Below, one piece after another: positions 50,621 to 62,689 of a stretch of DNA of 64,000 bases. The notes under the pieces were generated by a model. The model worked only from the letters and a program-made list of their open reading frames with translations. It was not told the DNA's origin and ran no database searches. A program made the translations under genes and the position numbers. Each line of letters begins with the position of its first letter. The stretch's first letter is position 1. Origin of the DNA: Squalus acanthias (lineage: Eukaryota). The DNA lies in assembly GCA_030390025.1 (NCBI GenBank), contig CM059432.1, positions 35,528,001 through 35,592,000 of the forward strand, read 5' to 3'.

Positions 50621-51314
50621 GTAAAGCAAAGCTTCTGTACTAATTCTGTAGCTGGAATCGATTGCAATCTTAAACAGCATAAAATCCCCCTCCAAGACAG
50701 AGAAAAATTGTATTTATACATCATTTTCAGAAGGTCACAAAGTGCTTCACAGCCAATCAATTGTTTTCTAACCATTTTGTACACAGCAAGGTCCTGCTGG
50801 TGTTGGTTGAGGGAGGAATGTTGGCCAGTCTTTCGATGTTGTAACCTTCCTTGTCTCCTCTATTTCATCACTACTGCTACGATCCTTCGAACTGCCAAGC
50901 TCACCAATCCTACACACTCTTCCCCCTCCCTGCATCTTCATTAAATGTACACAGAAATTGCAATGTTCTGCCCAGTCCATATTGGTGTTTAACCTCCGCA
51001 CTGGCAGTATTCCTAATCCATGTGCCTGCCCAGTTCCCATATCCCTTTATACCCTTTCCTTCAATCACCAGTGAACTATTCTGAAATGCTGACGTGGTCT
51101 CTTCTTCAATCTATGAATCTATGAATCTCCTGCTTCTGTCCTAAATGTCTCGCATTAAATCTTATATCTCTGTCCCCTTGTTCTAGACCCCTCAACTACT
51201 GCAGTCTATTTCTATCTACCCCGTCCATCCCTCTATCAAATTACCTCGTAACATCCTCTGTTCTAAACTCATCACACTGTTTTCGACTCCTTACAGATGG
51301 AGAATGACTATTTG

Positions 51315-54300
51315 TTTTTTAAAAATTCATTCATGGCATGTGGGCGTCGCTGGAAAGGCCAGCATTTATTGCCCATCCCTAATTGCCCTTGAGAAGGTGG
51401 TAGTGAGCCGCCGCCTTGAACCGCTGCTGTCCGTGTGGTGAAGGTACTCCCATAGTGCTGTTAGGGAGGGAGTTCCACGATTTTGGCCCAGCGACAATGA
51501 AGGAACAGCGATATATTTCCAAGTCAGGATGGTGTGTAACTTGGAGGGGAACTTGCAGGTGATGGAGTTCCCATGCGCCTGCTGCCCTTGTTCTTCTAGG
51601 TGGTAGAGGTCACGGGTTTGGGAGGTGCTGTCGAAGAAGTCTGGGCGAGTTGCTGCAGTGCATCTTGTAGATGGTACACACTGCAGCCACGGTGTGCCGG
51701 TGGTGGAGGGAGTGAATGTTTAAGGTGGTGGATGGGGTGCCAATCAAGTGGGCTGCTTTGTCTTGGATGGTGTTGATTTTCTTGAGTATTGCTGGAGCTG
51801 CACTCATCCAGGCAAGTGGAGAGTATTCCATCACACTCTTGACTTGTGCCTTGTAGATGGTGGAAAGGCTTTGGGGAGTCAGGAGGTGAGACACTCACCA
51901 CAGAATACCCAGCCTCTGACCTGCTCTTGTAGCCACAGTATTTATGTAGCTGGCCCAGTTAAGTTTCTGGTCAATGATGACCCCCAGGATGTCGATGGTG
52001 GGGGATTTGGTGCTGGAAATGCCATTGACTGTCAAGGGCCGATGGTTAGACTCTCGCTTGTTCGAGATAGTTATTGCCTGGCACTTGTGTGCCACTTATC
52101 GGCCCAAGCCTGAATGTTGTTCAGGTCTTGCTGCATACGGGCATGGACTACTTCATTATCTGAGGAGTTGCGAATGGAACGGAACACTGTGCAATCATCA
52201 GCGAACATCCCCACTTCTGACCTTATGATGGAGGGACGGTCATTGATGAAGCAGCTGAAGATGGTTGGGCCGAGGACACTGCCCTGAGGAACTTCTGCAG
52301 TGATGTCCTGGGGCTGAGATGATTGACCTCCAACAACCACAACTATCTTCCTTTGTGCTAGGCATGACTCCAGCCAGTGGAGAGTTTTCCCCCGATTCCC
52401 ATTGGCTTCAATTTTACTAGGGCTCCTTGATCCCACACTCGGTCAAATGCTGCCTTGATGTCAAAGGCAGTCATGCTCACCTCACCTCTGGAATTCTACT
52501 CTTTTGTCCATGTTTGGACCAAGGCTCTAATGAGGTCTGGAGCCAAGTGGTCCTGCCGGAACCCAAACTGAGCATCAGTGAGTAGGTTATTGGTGAGTAA
52601 GTGCTGCTTGATAGCACTGTCGATGACACCTTCCATCATTTTGCTGATGATTGAAAGTTGACTGAAGGGGCGGTAATTGGCCGGATTGGATTTGTCCTGC
52701 TTTTTATGGACAGGACATACCTGGGCAGTTTTCCACATTGTCGGGTAAATGCCAGTGTTGTAGCTGTACTGGAACAGCTTGGCTATAGGAGCGGCTAGTT
52801 CTGGAGCACAAGTCTTCAGCACAACAGCCGGGATGTTGTCGGGGCCCATAGCCTTTGCTGTATCCAGTGTGCTCAGCCGTTTCTTGATATCACGTGGAGT
52901 GAATCGAGTTGGCTGAAGACTGGCTTCTGTGATGGTGGAGACCTCAGGAGGAGGCTAATATGGATCATCCACTCGGCACTTCTAGCTGAAGATGGTTGCA
53001 AATGCTTCAGCCTTGTCATTTGCACTCGTGTGCTGGGCTCTGCCATGATTGAGGATGGGGATATTCATGGAGCCTCCTTCTCCTGCTGTTGTCCACCACC
53101 ATTCACGACTGGAAGTGGCAGGACTGCAGAACTTTTGATCTGATCCGTTGATTGTGGAATCGCTTAACTCTATATAGCATGCTCCTTCCGCTGTTTAGCG
53201 TGCATGTAGTCCTGTGTTGCAGCTTCCCCAGGTTGGCACCTCATTTTTAGGTATGCCTGATGCTGCTCCTGGCATGCTCTTCTACACTCCTCATTGAGCC
53301 AGGGTTAGTCTCCTGGCTTGATGGTAATGGCAGAGTGAGAGATATGCCGGGCCATGAGGTTACAGATTGTTGTGGAATACAATTCTGCTGCTGCTAATGG
53401 CCCACAACGTCTCATGGATGCTCAATTTTGAGCTGCTAGATCTGTTCTGAATCTATCCCATTTAGCACTGTGGTAGTGCCACACAACACAATTGAGGGTG
53501 TCCTCAGTGTGAAGATTGGACTTCATCTCCACAATGACTGTGCAGTGGTCACTGCTACCAATGCTGTCATGGACAGATGCATCTGCGACAGGTAGATTGG
53601 TGAGGATGAGGTCAAGTAGGTTTTTCCCTCCTGTTGGTTCTCTCACCACCTGCCGCAGGCCCACTCTGGCAGCTATGTCCTTTATGGCTCGGTAAGTAGT
53701 GGTGCTACCGAGCCACTCTTGGTGATGGACATTTAAGTCCCCCACCCAGAGTACATTCAGTGCCCTTGCTACCCTCAGTGCTTCTTCCAAGTGGTATTCA
53801 ACATGGAGGAGTACTGATTCATCAGCTGAGGGAGGGCGGTAGGTGGTAATCAGTAGGAAGTTTCCTTGCCCATGCTTGACCTGAAGCCTTGAGACTTCAT
53901 GGAGTCCGGAGTCAATGTTGAAGATGCCCAGGGCCACTCCCTCCCGACAATATACCACTGTGCCGCCACCTCGGGTGGGTCTGTCCTGCCGGTGGGACAT
54001 GACATATCCAGGGATGGTGATGGAGGAATAAAAACAGAAAATGCTGGAGATACTCAGCAGGTCAGGCAGCATCTGTGGAGCGAGAAACAGAGTTAACGTT
54101 TCAGGTCGATGACCCTTCGTCAAAACTGGAAAAAGCTGGAGATGGAACAGGTTTTTAAGCAAGTACAGGGGCAGGGAAAGGGGGGAGGGGAGGAAAGAAC
54201 AAAAGGGAAGGTCTGTGATAGGATGGCAGTATCTTCCATCCTATCGCAGGCCTTCCCTTTTGTTTTTTCCTCCCCTCCCCCCTTTCCCTGCCCCTGTACT

Positions 54301-54970
54301 TGCTTAAAAACCTGTTCCATCTCCAGCTGTTTCCGGTTCTGATGAAGGGTCATCGACCTGAAATGTTAACTCTGTTTCTCTCTCCACAGATGCTGCCTGA
54401 CCTGCTGAGTATTTCCAGCATTTTCTGTTTTTATTTGAGAATTCCAGCATCCGCAGTATTTTGCTTTTGTAATGGTGATGGAGGAGTCTGGGACATTGGC
54501 TGGAAGGTATGTTTCTGTGAGTATACTAGGTCAGGCTGTTGCTTGACTAGTCTGTGGGACAGTTCTCCCACAAGTCCCCAGATGTTAGTGAGGAGGACTT
54601 TGCAGGGTCGACTGAGTTGGGTGTGCCATTGTCGTGCCCAGGTGGTCCATCCGGTTCTGACTGTTTTTCGTAGCGGTTTGTTACAACTGAGTGGCTTCCT
54701 AGGGCATTTCAGAGGGAAGTTAAGAGTTAACACATAGGCCAGACTAGTTACGGACAGCAGATTTCCTTCCCTAAAAGACATTCGTGAACCAGATGGGTTT
54801 TTACGACAATCCGATTGTTTCATGGTCACCATTACTGATTTTTTTTTTAATTCCAGATTTATTTAATTAACTCAATTTAAATTCCCCAGATTTGAACTCA
54901 CGGCTCTGGATCATTAGTCTAGCCCTCTGGATTACTAATCCAGTAACAGAACCACTACACTACTGTTACC
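51315..54970 (-). mobile_element. Near full-length, decayed non-LTR retrotransposon (CR1-Zenon-like; APE endonuclease and RT, no ORF1 seen) with a tRNA-like 5' head
   Basis: Minus-strand ORF pieces: APE (NIWGL, TYRPPSAD, VGDLNVHH, LDLILTN, SDH) and RT (GPDNIP...NPANYRP, VPQGSVLGP, FADD, YKAQVKSVMEYS). 3' end GGGCAATAAATGCTGGCC followed by an A-rich tail. The Zenon assignment is from recalled motif style only. Confidence 0.85.
54028..54471. mobile_element. Penelope-like element pseudo-LTR pair in inverted arrangement, with hammerhead-like motifs
   Basis: Arms 54028-54226 and 54236-54434, a 9-nt loop, a 37-nt unpaired tail (54435-54471) and a 14-bp TSD ATGGTGATGGAGGA. Each arm carries a CTGATGA-stem-GAAA(C/T)GTT-type motif. 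Confidence 0.75.
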
Positions 54971-55189
54971 TTGTGTGAGGTACCAGAAGGCCTTTGTCCC
55001 CAAGAAACGGTTCTCCAGTGGGAGTTGTTGTTTTGATGAGATGGACGGGAGGAGGGCAGTGGGCCCTGACAGTGAAAAACAGCAACAACAACTTGTATTT
55101 TTACTGCATTAAAGAAGCTATATAATGTCCCAAGGTGCTTCACAGGAGTGTTTCAAAACAAAATTTGATACCAAGCCACATTTTACAGA

Positions 55190-56320
55190 GAATTACATAG
55201 AATCTACAGCACAGAAACAGGTCATTCGGCCCAACTGGTCAATGCCAGTGTTTATGCTCCACACGAACCTCTTCCCACTCTATTTACTTCATCTCACCAT
55301 ATCAACATATCCTTCTGTTCCTTTCTACCTCGTGTACATATCTAGCTTCCCCTTAAATGTATCTATGCTATTCGCCTCAATCTCTCCTTGTGGTAGTGAG
55401 TTCCACATTCTCACCACTCTGGGTAAAGAAGTTTCTTCTGAATTCCTTATTGGATTTATTAGTGACTATCTTATATTTATGACCCCTAGTTTTGGACTCC
55501 CCCACAAGTGGAAACATCTTCGATAGGGTTCATAGAATCACAGAAATCGACGGCATAGAAGGAGGCCATCCGACCCATCATGTCCCCGCCAGCCAAAAAA
55601 GAGCTACCCAGCGTAATCTCACTTTCCAGCTCTTGGTCCATTGCCTTGTAGGTTATGGCACTTCAAGTGCATATGCAAGTACTTTTTAAATGTGATGAGC
55701 GTTTCTGCCTCTACCAAATTTTCAGGCAGTGAGTTCCAGACCTCAACCACCCTCTGGGTGAAAAAAGTTCTCCTCAACTCCCCTCTAATCCTTCTACCAA
55801 TTACTTTAAGTCTATGCCCCTTGGTTATTGACCTCTCTGCTATGTCCTTCCTATCCACTCTATCTAAGCCCCTCATAATTTTATACACCTCAATTAAATC
55901 TCCCCTCAGCCTCCTCTGTTCCAAAGAAATCAACCCAGCCTCTCCAATCTTTCCTCATAGCTAAAATTCTCCAGTCCTGGCAACGTCCTCGTAAATCTCC
56001 TCTGTACCCTCTCTAGTGCAATCACATCTTTCCTGTAATGTGGTGAGCAGAACTGTTCACTGTACTCTAGCTGTGGCCTAACTAGTGTTTTATACAGTTC
56101 AAGTATAACCTCCCTGCTCTTCTCTTCTATGCCTCGGCTCATAAAGGAAAGTATCCTGTATGTCTTCTTTAACCACCTTATCTACCTGTCCTGCTACCTT
56201 CGGGGATATGTGGACATGCACTCCAAGGTCCCTCTGTTCCTCTACACTTCTCAGCATCCTACCATTTATTGTGTATTCCATTGCCTTGTTAGCCCTCCCC
56301 AAATGCATTATCTCACATAA
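55190..56320 (-). mobile_element. Cluster of CR1 3' fragments
   Basis: ORFs 55619..55933, 55930..56142 and 56099..56308 carry CR1 C-terminal motifs. Confidence 0.85.
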
Positions 56321-57612
56321 GGAGAAATTAGGGCAGATGAGTTGGTTTTAAGGAGCGTCTTAAAGGAGGAAAGAGAGGTTTGAGAGGCAGAGAGGTTTAG
56401 GGAAGGAATTCCAGAGCTTGGGGCCTAGGCAGCACAAGGCACTGGTTGAGCGATTAAAGTCAGGGGTGCTCAAGAGGCCACATAGAGGAACGCAGATATC
56501 TCGGGGTTGGGGGCGAGGAAAAGGGGGCTGTGGGGCTGGAGGAGATTACAGAGATAGAGAGGGGCGAGGCCATGGAGGGATTTGAAAACAAGGATGAGAA
56601 TTTTAAAATCGAGGCATTGCTTATCCGGGAAGGGGCGTGTTTGACACAAATTTAATGATTGAAGCAGAGACCACGTCAACTTTTAAGAATAGGTTAGATA
56701 GGTATTTGAAGGAAAGAGGAACAAAAGAATATGGGAAGAGGATGGGCAAATGGGATTAGGTCTAGGAACACAGAAGTAGGCCATTCAGCTATGAGCCTGT
56801 TCCACCATTCAGTTAGATCATGACTGATCTGTACCTCAACTCCATTTATTCACCTTTGCTCCATATCGCTTGATAAAAATCTGTCAATCACAGGTTCAAA
56901 AATTTCAATTGACCCATCATCCATAGCCTTTTGGGGGAGAGAGTTCCAGATTGCCACTACCTTTGTGGAAAAAGTGCTTCCTGATTTCACACCTAAATGG
57001 CTTGGATCTGATTTTAAGATTATGCCATCTTGTTCTGGATTTCCCCCATCAGCGGAAATCGATTCCAGTTACCCGATCGAATCTTTTTATCATTTTAAAG
57101 ACCTTGAATAGATCACCCCTCAAGGGAATACAAACCAAGTTTATGCAACCGTGCCCTCATAATTTAACCCTCTAAGCCCTGACTACTGCTTGTGTGAAGG
57201 ATAAACACCAACATGGGCTGGTTGGACTAAACAGCCTGTTTCCATGTTGTTATCAGCGTCTTACAGTGAGATCCATGTACATTGAAACTTATAAAGAAGA
57301 TAATTATGACGAGGAAAGCCATTCAGCCTGTCTTCATTCATCCATCCAGAGAAATCCTCCACATTGGAGCATCAAAATGTTTCTTAAATGATTCCAGGGT
57401 TTCTGCCTCCAGTGCTCCATCTGGGAGTCTGTACATCGATCACTTTTAGTGATTTCAGTCTTAAAATTGCTTTTTACTATCTTGAACCTCTTGCCCTTGC
57501 ATTTCAATTACTATTTTCCATTCCCTTAACTATTTTAGATACCTATATAAGATCATCTTTCAGACGCCTGTTTACCAAGCTGAAAAGCCAAAATTCCTCC
57601 AATGGAAACGTA

Positions 57613-58459
57613 GGGCGCGATCTTGCCAGCCCTGGGGAGGTGGTTATGGAGGCAGGACTGCCGGGAAAATGGCAGAATCTGGGGGCGGGTGCCCATCCCG
57701 CCCCCAACCCGCCTCCGTGCCATCTTGCCAGGAGGCAGGTAGCCGACCTGCGCCGGGTCCCGTCTCCTTGAAGGCGGGAAGGGGATTACAGCCACTTAAC
57801 TGCCTGTTAACAGGTAGTTAACAGGCAGATCAGAGGATTATCCCCATTTTACCCACACAAGTGTGGGCTTCCCGAAGGCTGCGAACCCCGCCAGGGTCAC
57901 CAGGGGGAGCAGTGGATCTGCGGGGGTTGGAGGGTGCAAAAGTGCGCTGTGGAGGTAAGTGATGGGTGCAAGTGTGGAGAGGTGAGTATGTGAGGTAAGT
58001 GGAAAGTGTTAGAAAAAGTTAACTTACCTTTGTTTCTTCCTGCAGGCTTCAATCGTTGGGGATGCGGAGAGTCTTGCATCTCTGCGGCAGAGATGACAGA
58101 TGGCTGCTGCATTCTCCAGTGCAACAACCATCTAATTTCTGCTAAAGAAAGAGGTTTGATGAGTCTTGAATTCAAGAACTCATCAAACTACATAGAATGT
58201 CAGTGTTTGACAGCTTCACAGAGCTGTCAAACGGTGACAATTCATCTGTCAAAAAATTTTTGACAGATAAAACGTCATACGCTGACGTTCTCTGTAACCA
58301 GCTTCCCCTTAATTGGCCTGCTAAGCCCGCTAGGCGGGCTTAACAAGGTCAATCAAGAGAAAATAGCGTGGGTTGGCCAGAAGTCGATGGAGGCGGGACT
58401 AAAACCCAACAAGTGGGAGCCCCGCCTCCAAAAGCTCCCCATTGGCAAAATCCAGCCCC
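57613..58459. mobile_element. Harbinger-type MITE
   Basis: Imperfect TIR GGGCGCGATCTTGCCA / TGGCAAAATCCAGCCC; GGCGGG subterminal motifs; several internal palindromes. Confidence 0.65.
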
Positions 58460-58998
58460 TAACTACAAAATGAAATGCTGCTTTCCTTCACTAATATTGC
58501 AAATGATTCCTGGCTAATGTATTACATAGAATCTACAGCACAGAAACAGACCATTCGGCCCAACTGGTCTATGCTGCTGTTTATACTTCGCATGAGCCTC
58601 CTCCCATTCCAATGACCTCTTCCCAACCTGGGCGCCCCCCCCCCCCCGCCCTCCGTATCTCTGTATTCCCTTCTCCCTCATAGAAACATAGTAATTGCTA
58701 GATGTAAAGTAACCACTCTTCATGTGTCGGCCTAGATACTGAGTATGTATCAGCTATTCTACCGCGCAGGGAGTGGAGTCATGACATTCGAACTCACTCT
58801 TGTCTCAGCGGACACCCAAACACATGGGGTGGGGGGACGGGGGGTCTTCCCTACCTGGGCGGTATTCTGGCAGGATGGATCGCCCTGCCCTTTATAGAAC
58901 TGCATGATTTTCAATCCATTGATTTCAATCCGTTTGGCACATGACTGTGCAATCCCGGAGGGCCAGATTTCAGTCTTTCTCTGTTCTTCTCCATGCAG

Positions 58999-59305
58999 CA
59001 AAATGCACTATTTGCTATCACCCCGACCTCCGTCGAGGTGCTCATGCTGGTTCTCAGGACCTCGTGTGACACAGGAACTCAGGAGCATAAGGACACCAGG
59101 ACGTTGCAAGTTACCTTGAAGTGCCTGATTGGAATGATCCACATTCTCCACGCCAGCAGCCTCGACCAGAGGAGAGTGGCGATCAAGACGATATTGGACA
59201 GCTACTTTAAGCTGTTGAATGCTGACAGGCCGGTGGCAGTGCTGGAAGAGGGGACAAAACCCCGACTGGAGGATGGGTTCATCACCCTACGGATCAACAT
59301 GCTCA
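58999..59305 (+). CDS. NBEAL2: NBEAL2 coding exon (probable exon 8)
   Basis: atgcAG|CAA...CTC A|GTaagt, within ORF 58993..59313. Encodes QNALFAITPTSVEVLMLVLR...MIHILHASS...LDSYFKLLNADRP...FITLRINML. Confidence 0.93.
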
Positions 59306-59673
59306 GTAAGTGAAGTTGTTTTTGTATCTTCATGGCCTGCGCTTGAAGTGGGGGTGGGGGTGCGGTAAATTTAAAACTAATCTGCAGCAACATTATTTCA
59401 GTGAGCGAGTGGTTAATTTATAGAACAGGCTCCGTAGGGAGATGGTGGAAGCAGATAGTGTTGATTAATTGAAATGCAAATTAGATAGATTTCTCTCAGA
59501 AAATAATATTTTGGGATACAGTATTTGAGTTATTTGAGACATGACGTGATAGTTGTAGCATGCTTGGGAGGTGACTGTGGACCTATAGTTCCCAAAGCTC
59601 TCCAGCACTGGGATTTTGCTCATGTCATGTCTGGGTCTGTTGTCGACTAATTGATAGAGATCGATTGTTATGA

Positions 59674-60069
<396 letters not shown>

Positions 60070-60585
60070 TAAAGGTGAAGTTAGGCCCCGAATGATGAGG
60101 TAGATTCTCTTGCGTAGATGAGAAAAGGAAAACCAGAAATGCTCGAAATCTGAAACTAAAATTCAAGTCTCAAGATGGGTAGAAGCTTGGGGTCCCTTAT
60201 CATTTGTTTTCCTAATTTTCTCCCCTCCTGTGGGAGCAGGGGAGTGGACTAATTGGATAGCTCTTTCAGAGAGCCAGCGCAGGCACGGTGGACTGAATGA
60301 CCTCTTTCTGTGCTGTAAGATTCTATGATTCCAATCTTCCAGGCTCTTCGCTCGGGTACCGGACGCCATTCGTTACCCAATCCAAGTGGCTATTCTTCGC
60401 GTGTCAGCCTAGATACTAAGTATGTCAGCTATTCGACCGTGCAGGGCGCGAGATTATCACATCTGAACCCACTCTTCTCAGCGGACACCCAAATTCATGG
60501 GGGTAGATTTTCATCGTCACCATCTGGGGCGCAAGGGATCGCCCACCCTTTATAGAACCCACGCGATTTTTCAAAAGTAGGCAGC

Positions 60586-60812
60586 CTGTGTGTGAGAGTG
60601 AGTAAGTCTGAGTGTATGTGAGTGAGTGAATATGAGAGTGTCAGTGCATGATTATAAATAGGTGCAAGTGAGTCTGAGTGCGTGCAAGTGAGTGTACACG
60701 TGCGAGTGTGTGCATGCATGCAAGTGTCAGTGTACGTGAGTGAGTGCGTACAAGTAAGTGAGTGTGTCTAAGTGCAAGTATGAGTAAGTGTGAGAAGGCG
60801 TGTGTGTGTGTG
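60586..60812 (+). repeat. Degenerate (TG/GAGT)-rich simple repeat
   Basis: Repeated GTGAGT / GTGCAAGT motifs. Confidence 0.85.
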
Positions 60813-61579
60813 ACCCCTGTTAGTCTAGAACGATGGTGTTTTGTGCATCGTTTAAAAAAAAGTAGGTCTAGGCCGAGAGTCTTTTGCTGGAAAATAAGAG
60901 ATCTACAAAAAAAACTTTATAAACCTTGTTTTTGTTGGCTGCACAGAGCCTGGGACCCCAGCACATCCTGCAGCGGCTCCACTGAAAACAGCAGTGAGAT
61001 GGGGCGAGCTTGCAACTTCAAACAGATCGAGGAGCTGATCCAACCTGAGAAACTGCAGTGCCGGCTAGGCTCACAGTCCCCTTGGCCAGTAGCACAGTGT
61101 TCTGGTGGTTGACCATCTTCTGATCAGCTCCCACGCTGGTCCAAGGTTTCTAACTTCTGTTCTCTTACAACGGAATGGTCCAGCTTGGAGGGAGACCCAA
61201 CTTTGCGGGTCTTCCCAAATTTCCACAAAGGTGGATCTCTGTCACTTCGTTTCTCCGGGACCTTCCACCAATCTCCCGCCCAAGTTATGGCGGGATATCA
61301 GAGGAACCCCTGCAAGAGATCAGGGCCAATATGTTTCTGTGTAAAATGGATGAGCAGTTTGTGGAAAAGAAACACCTCGTCCCCTAACATTTTCCCCCCT
61401 TTTAACCTGAGCGTTAACGTTAAAGGTGATTGACGTTACACTGCTGTGTGTTTTGCGAGCTTTGTCTAGTTTCTGATGTCATGTTTTTTTTCCCCCTCTC
61501 TTTTTGTCGCTTTTCCAACTCCTCCCCCATTTACCCACCCACCCTTCACCCTCACCTCTCCTTTCCCTCTCTTTGACAG

Positions 61580-61666
61580 CTCTATGTAAGCAGTAGGTCT
61601 AAGGATGACAGCAAGGGTGGGAGTGATCTTGCCACTCAGTTACTGACTGAAATCAATCTCAGCAAG
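61580..61666 (+). CDS. NBEAL2: NBEAL2 coding exon (probable exon 10)
   Basis: Long pyrimidine tract then ttgacAG|CTC...AAG|GTatta. Encodes LYVSSRSKDDSKGGSDLATQLLTEINLSK; cf. NBEAL2 LYLQSRAPPEGDSDLATRLLTEPDVQK, a segment I recall as absent from NBEAL1. 87 nt, phase 0-0. Confidence 0.88.
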
Positions 61667-61744
61667 GTATTACTGGAGGTGCCGATACTCTGGGAGAGAA
61701 TGGCCAGGCCTGATGTCAGCATGGTGCGATCAGTAACTGAAAAT

Positions 61745-62305
61745 TACCCTCCTCCTCTCCCCTCTCTCACTCTCTCTTTCTCTTTTAGTTTTATCTTCTG
61801 TCTCTTGCATTCTTTCTCTTGTTTGTGTCTCTGTCCTTGCTCTCTAGTTTACTTCTCTTATGCTCCCTGTGTTTTCTCGCTCTCTCTAACATTCTGCTCT
61901 CTCTCTGTCTATCATCCACCCGTTGTCTTTTCCTTCCCTTGACTGTTTCGGTCTCATGCACTCCTCGTGCTTTCTTTTATTCCTTGCTCTTTCACTTCTG
62001 TTATTTTTTTTTCCCTTGCACGCTCCCTCTTTCTCTCATTCTCTCTTTTTCAATTCATTTCTCTCCTTTCCCTATTTTGGCCTCTGTTCCTCTTTATCTT
62101 TTCTCACCCTTTTCTACACTCTCACCTTTACCTGTCCTCTCCCCTTTTCTCCTGCTCTCTTTTTTTCCTGCTCTCCTCTTTTCTCCTGCTCGCCCCTTTA
62201 CCCCCGATCCTCTATCTTTTCCCCTATCCCCCTTTATTGTCTCATCTCTACTGCTTTCAAATTTTTTTCTTTTCTCCTTCACTCTTCACCCCTCCTTCCT
62301 TCCCT
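61745..62305 (+). repeat. Long polypyrimidine (CT-rich) low-complexity tract
   Basis: Strong C/T bias on the + strand; a similar tract lies at 3601-3750. Confidence 0.9.
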
Positions 62306-62689
62306 AGAAGGCAGCAAGGAGCCTTCGTAACCTGATTACTGGAAAAAAAATGAACGTTTAAAAAACAAAAACAAATCTGAAACCAAATCCTTAGTCTGTT
62401 AAATCTGTAAGGGGAGCTGCAGCGTGCTGACACCACCTGGTTGCTGGGTGTGCTGATCCTGTCTCTTGTCCTGTGTTTCATAAGTCTGCCAATCATCTGT
62501 GTTGTTTTACTTGGTTCATTGAAATTCATGATTGTGAAGTAAATGACATCACCCCACAACCAGAATACTTGATATATAGACATCAAATACTGACTGAAAT
62601 ATATAAAACTCTTGTGATACTGTGATATAACATCACACAATAACACTCGGCCTTGTGTGAGCTAATCAAAAAGGATCCGCATTGATTGG

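Noticed and set aside
60947..61112. Possible extra exon after the acceptor-like TTGTTTTTGTTGGCTGCACAG
   Set aside because: Splicing from exon 9 hits early stops from either AG; no homology and no clear donor.
61679..62335. Several 87-162 aa F/L/S/P-rich ORFs
   Set aside because: Artefacts of a polypyrimidine tract that lacks stop codons; the same applies to 3580..3876.
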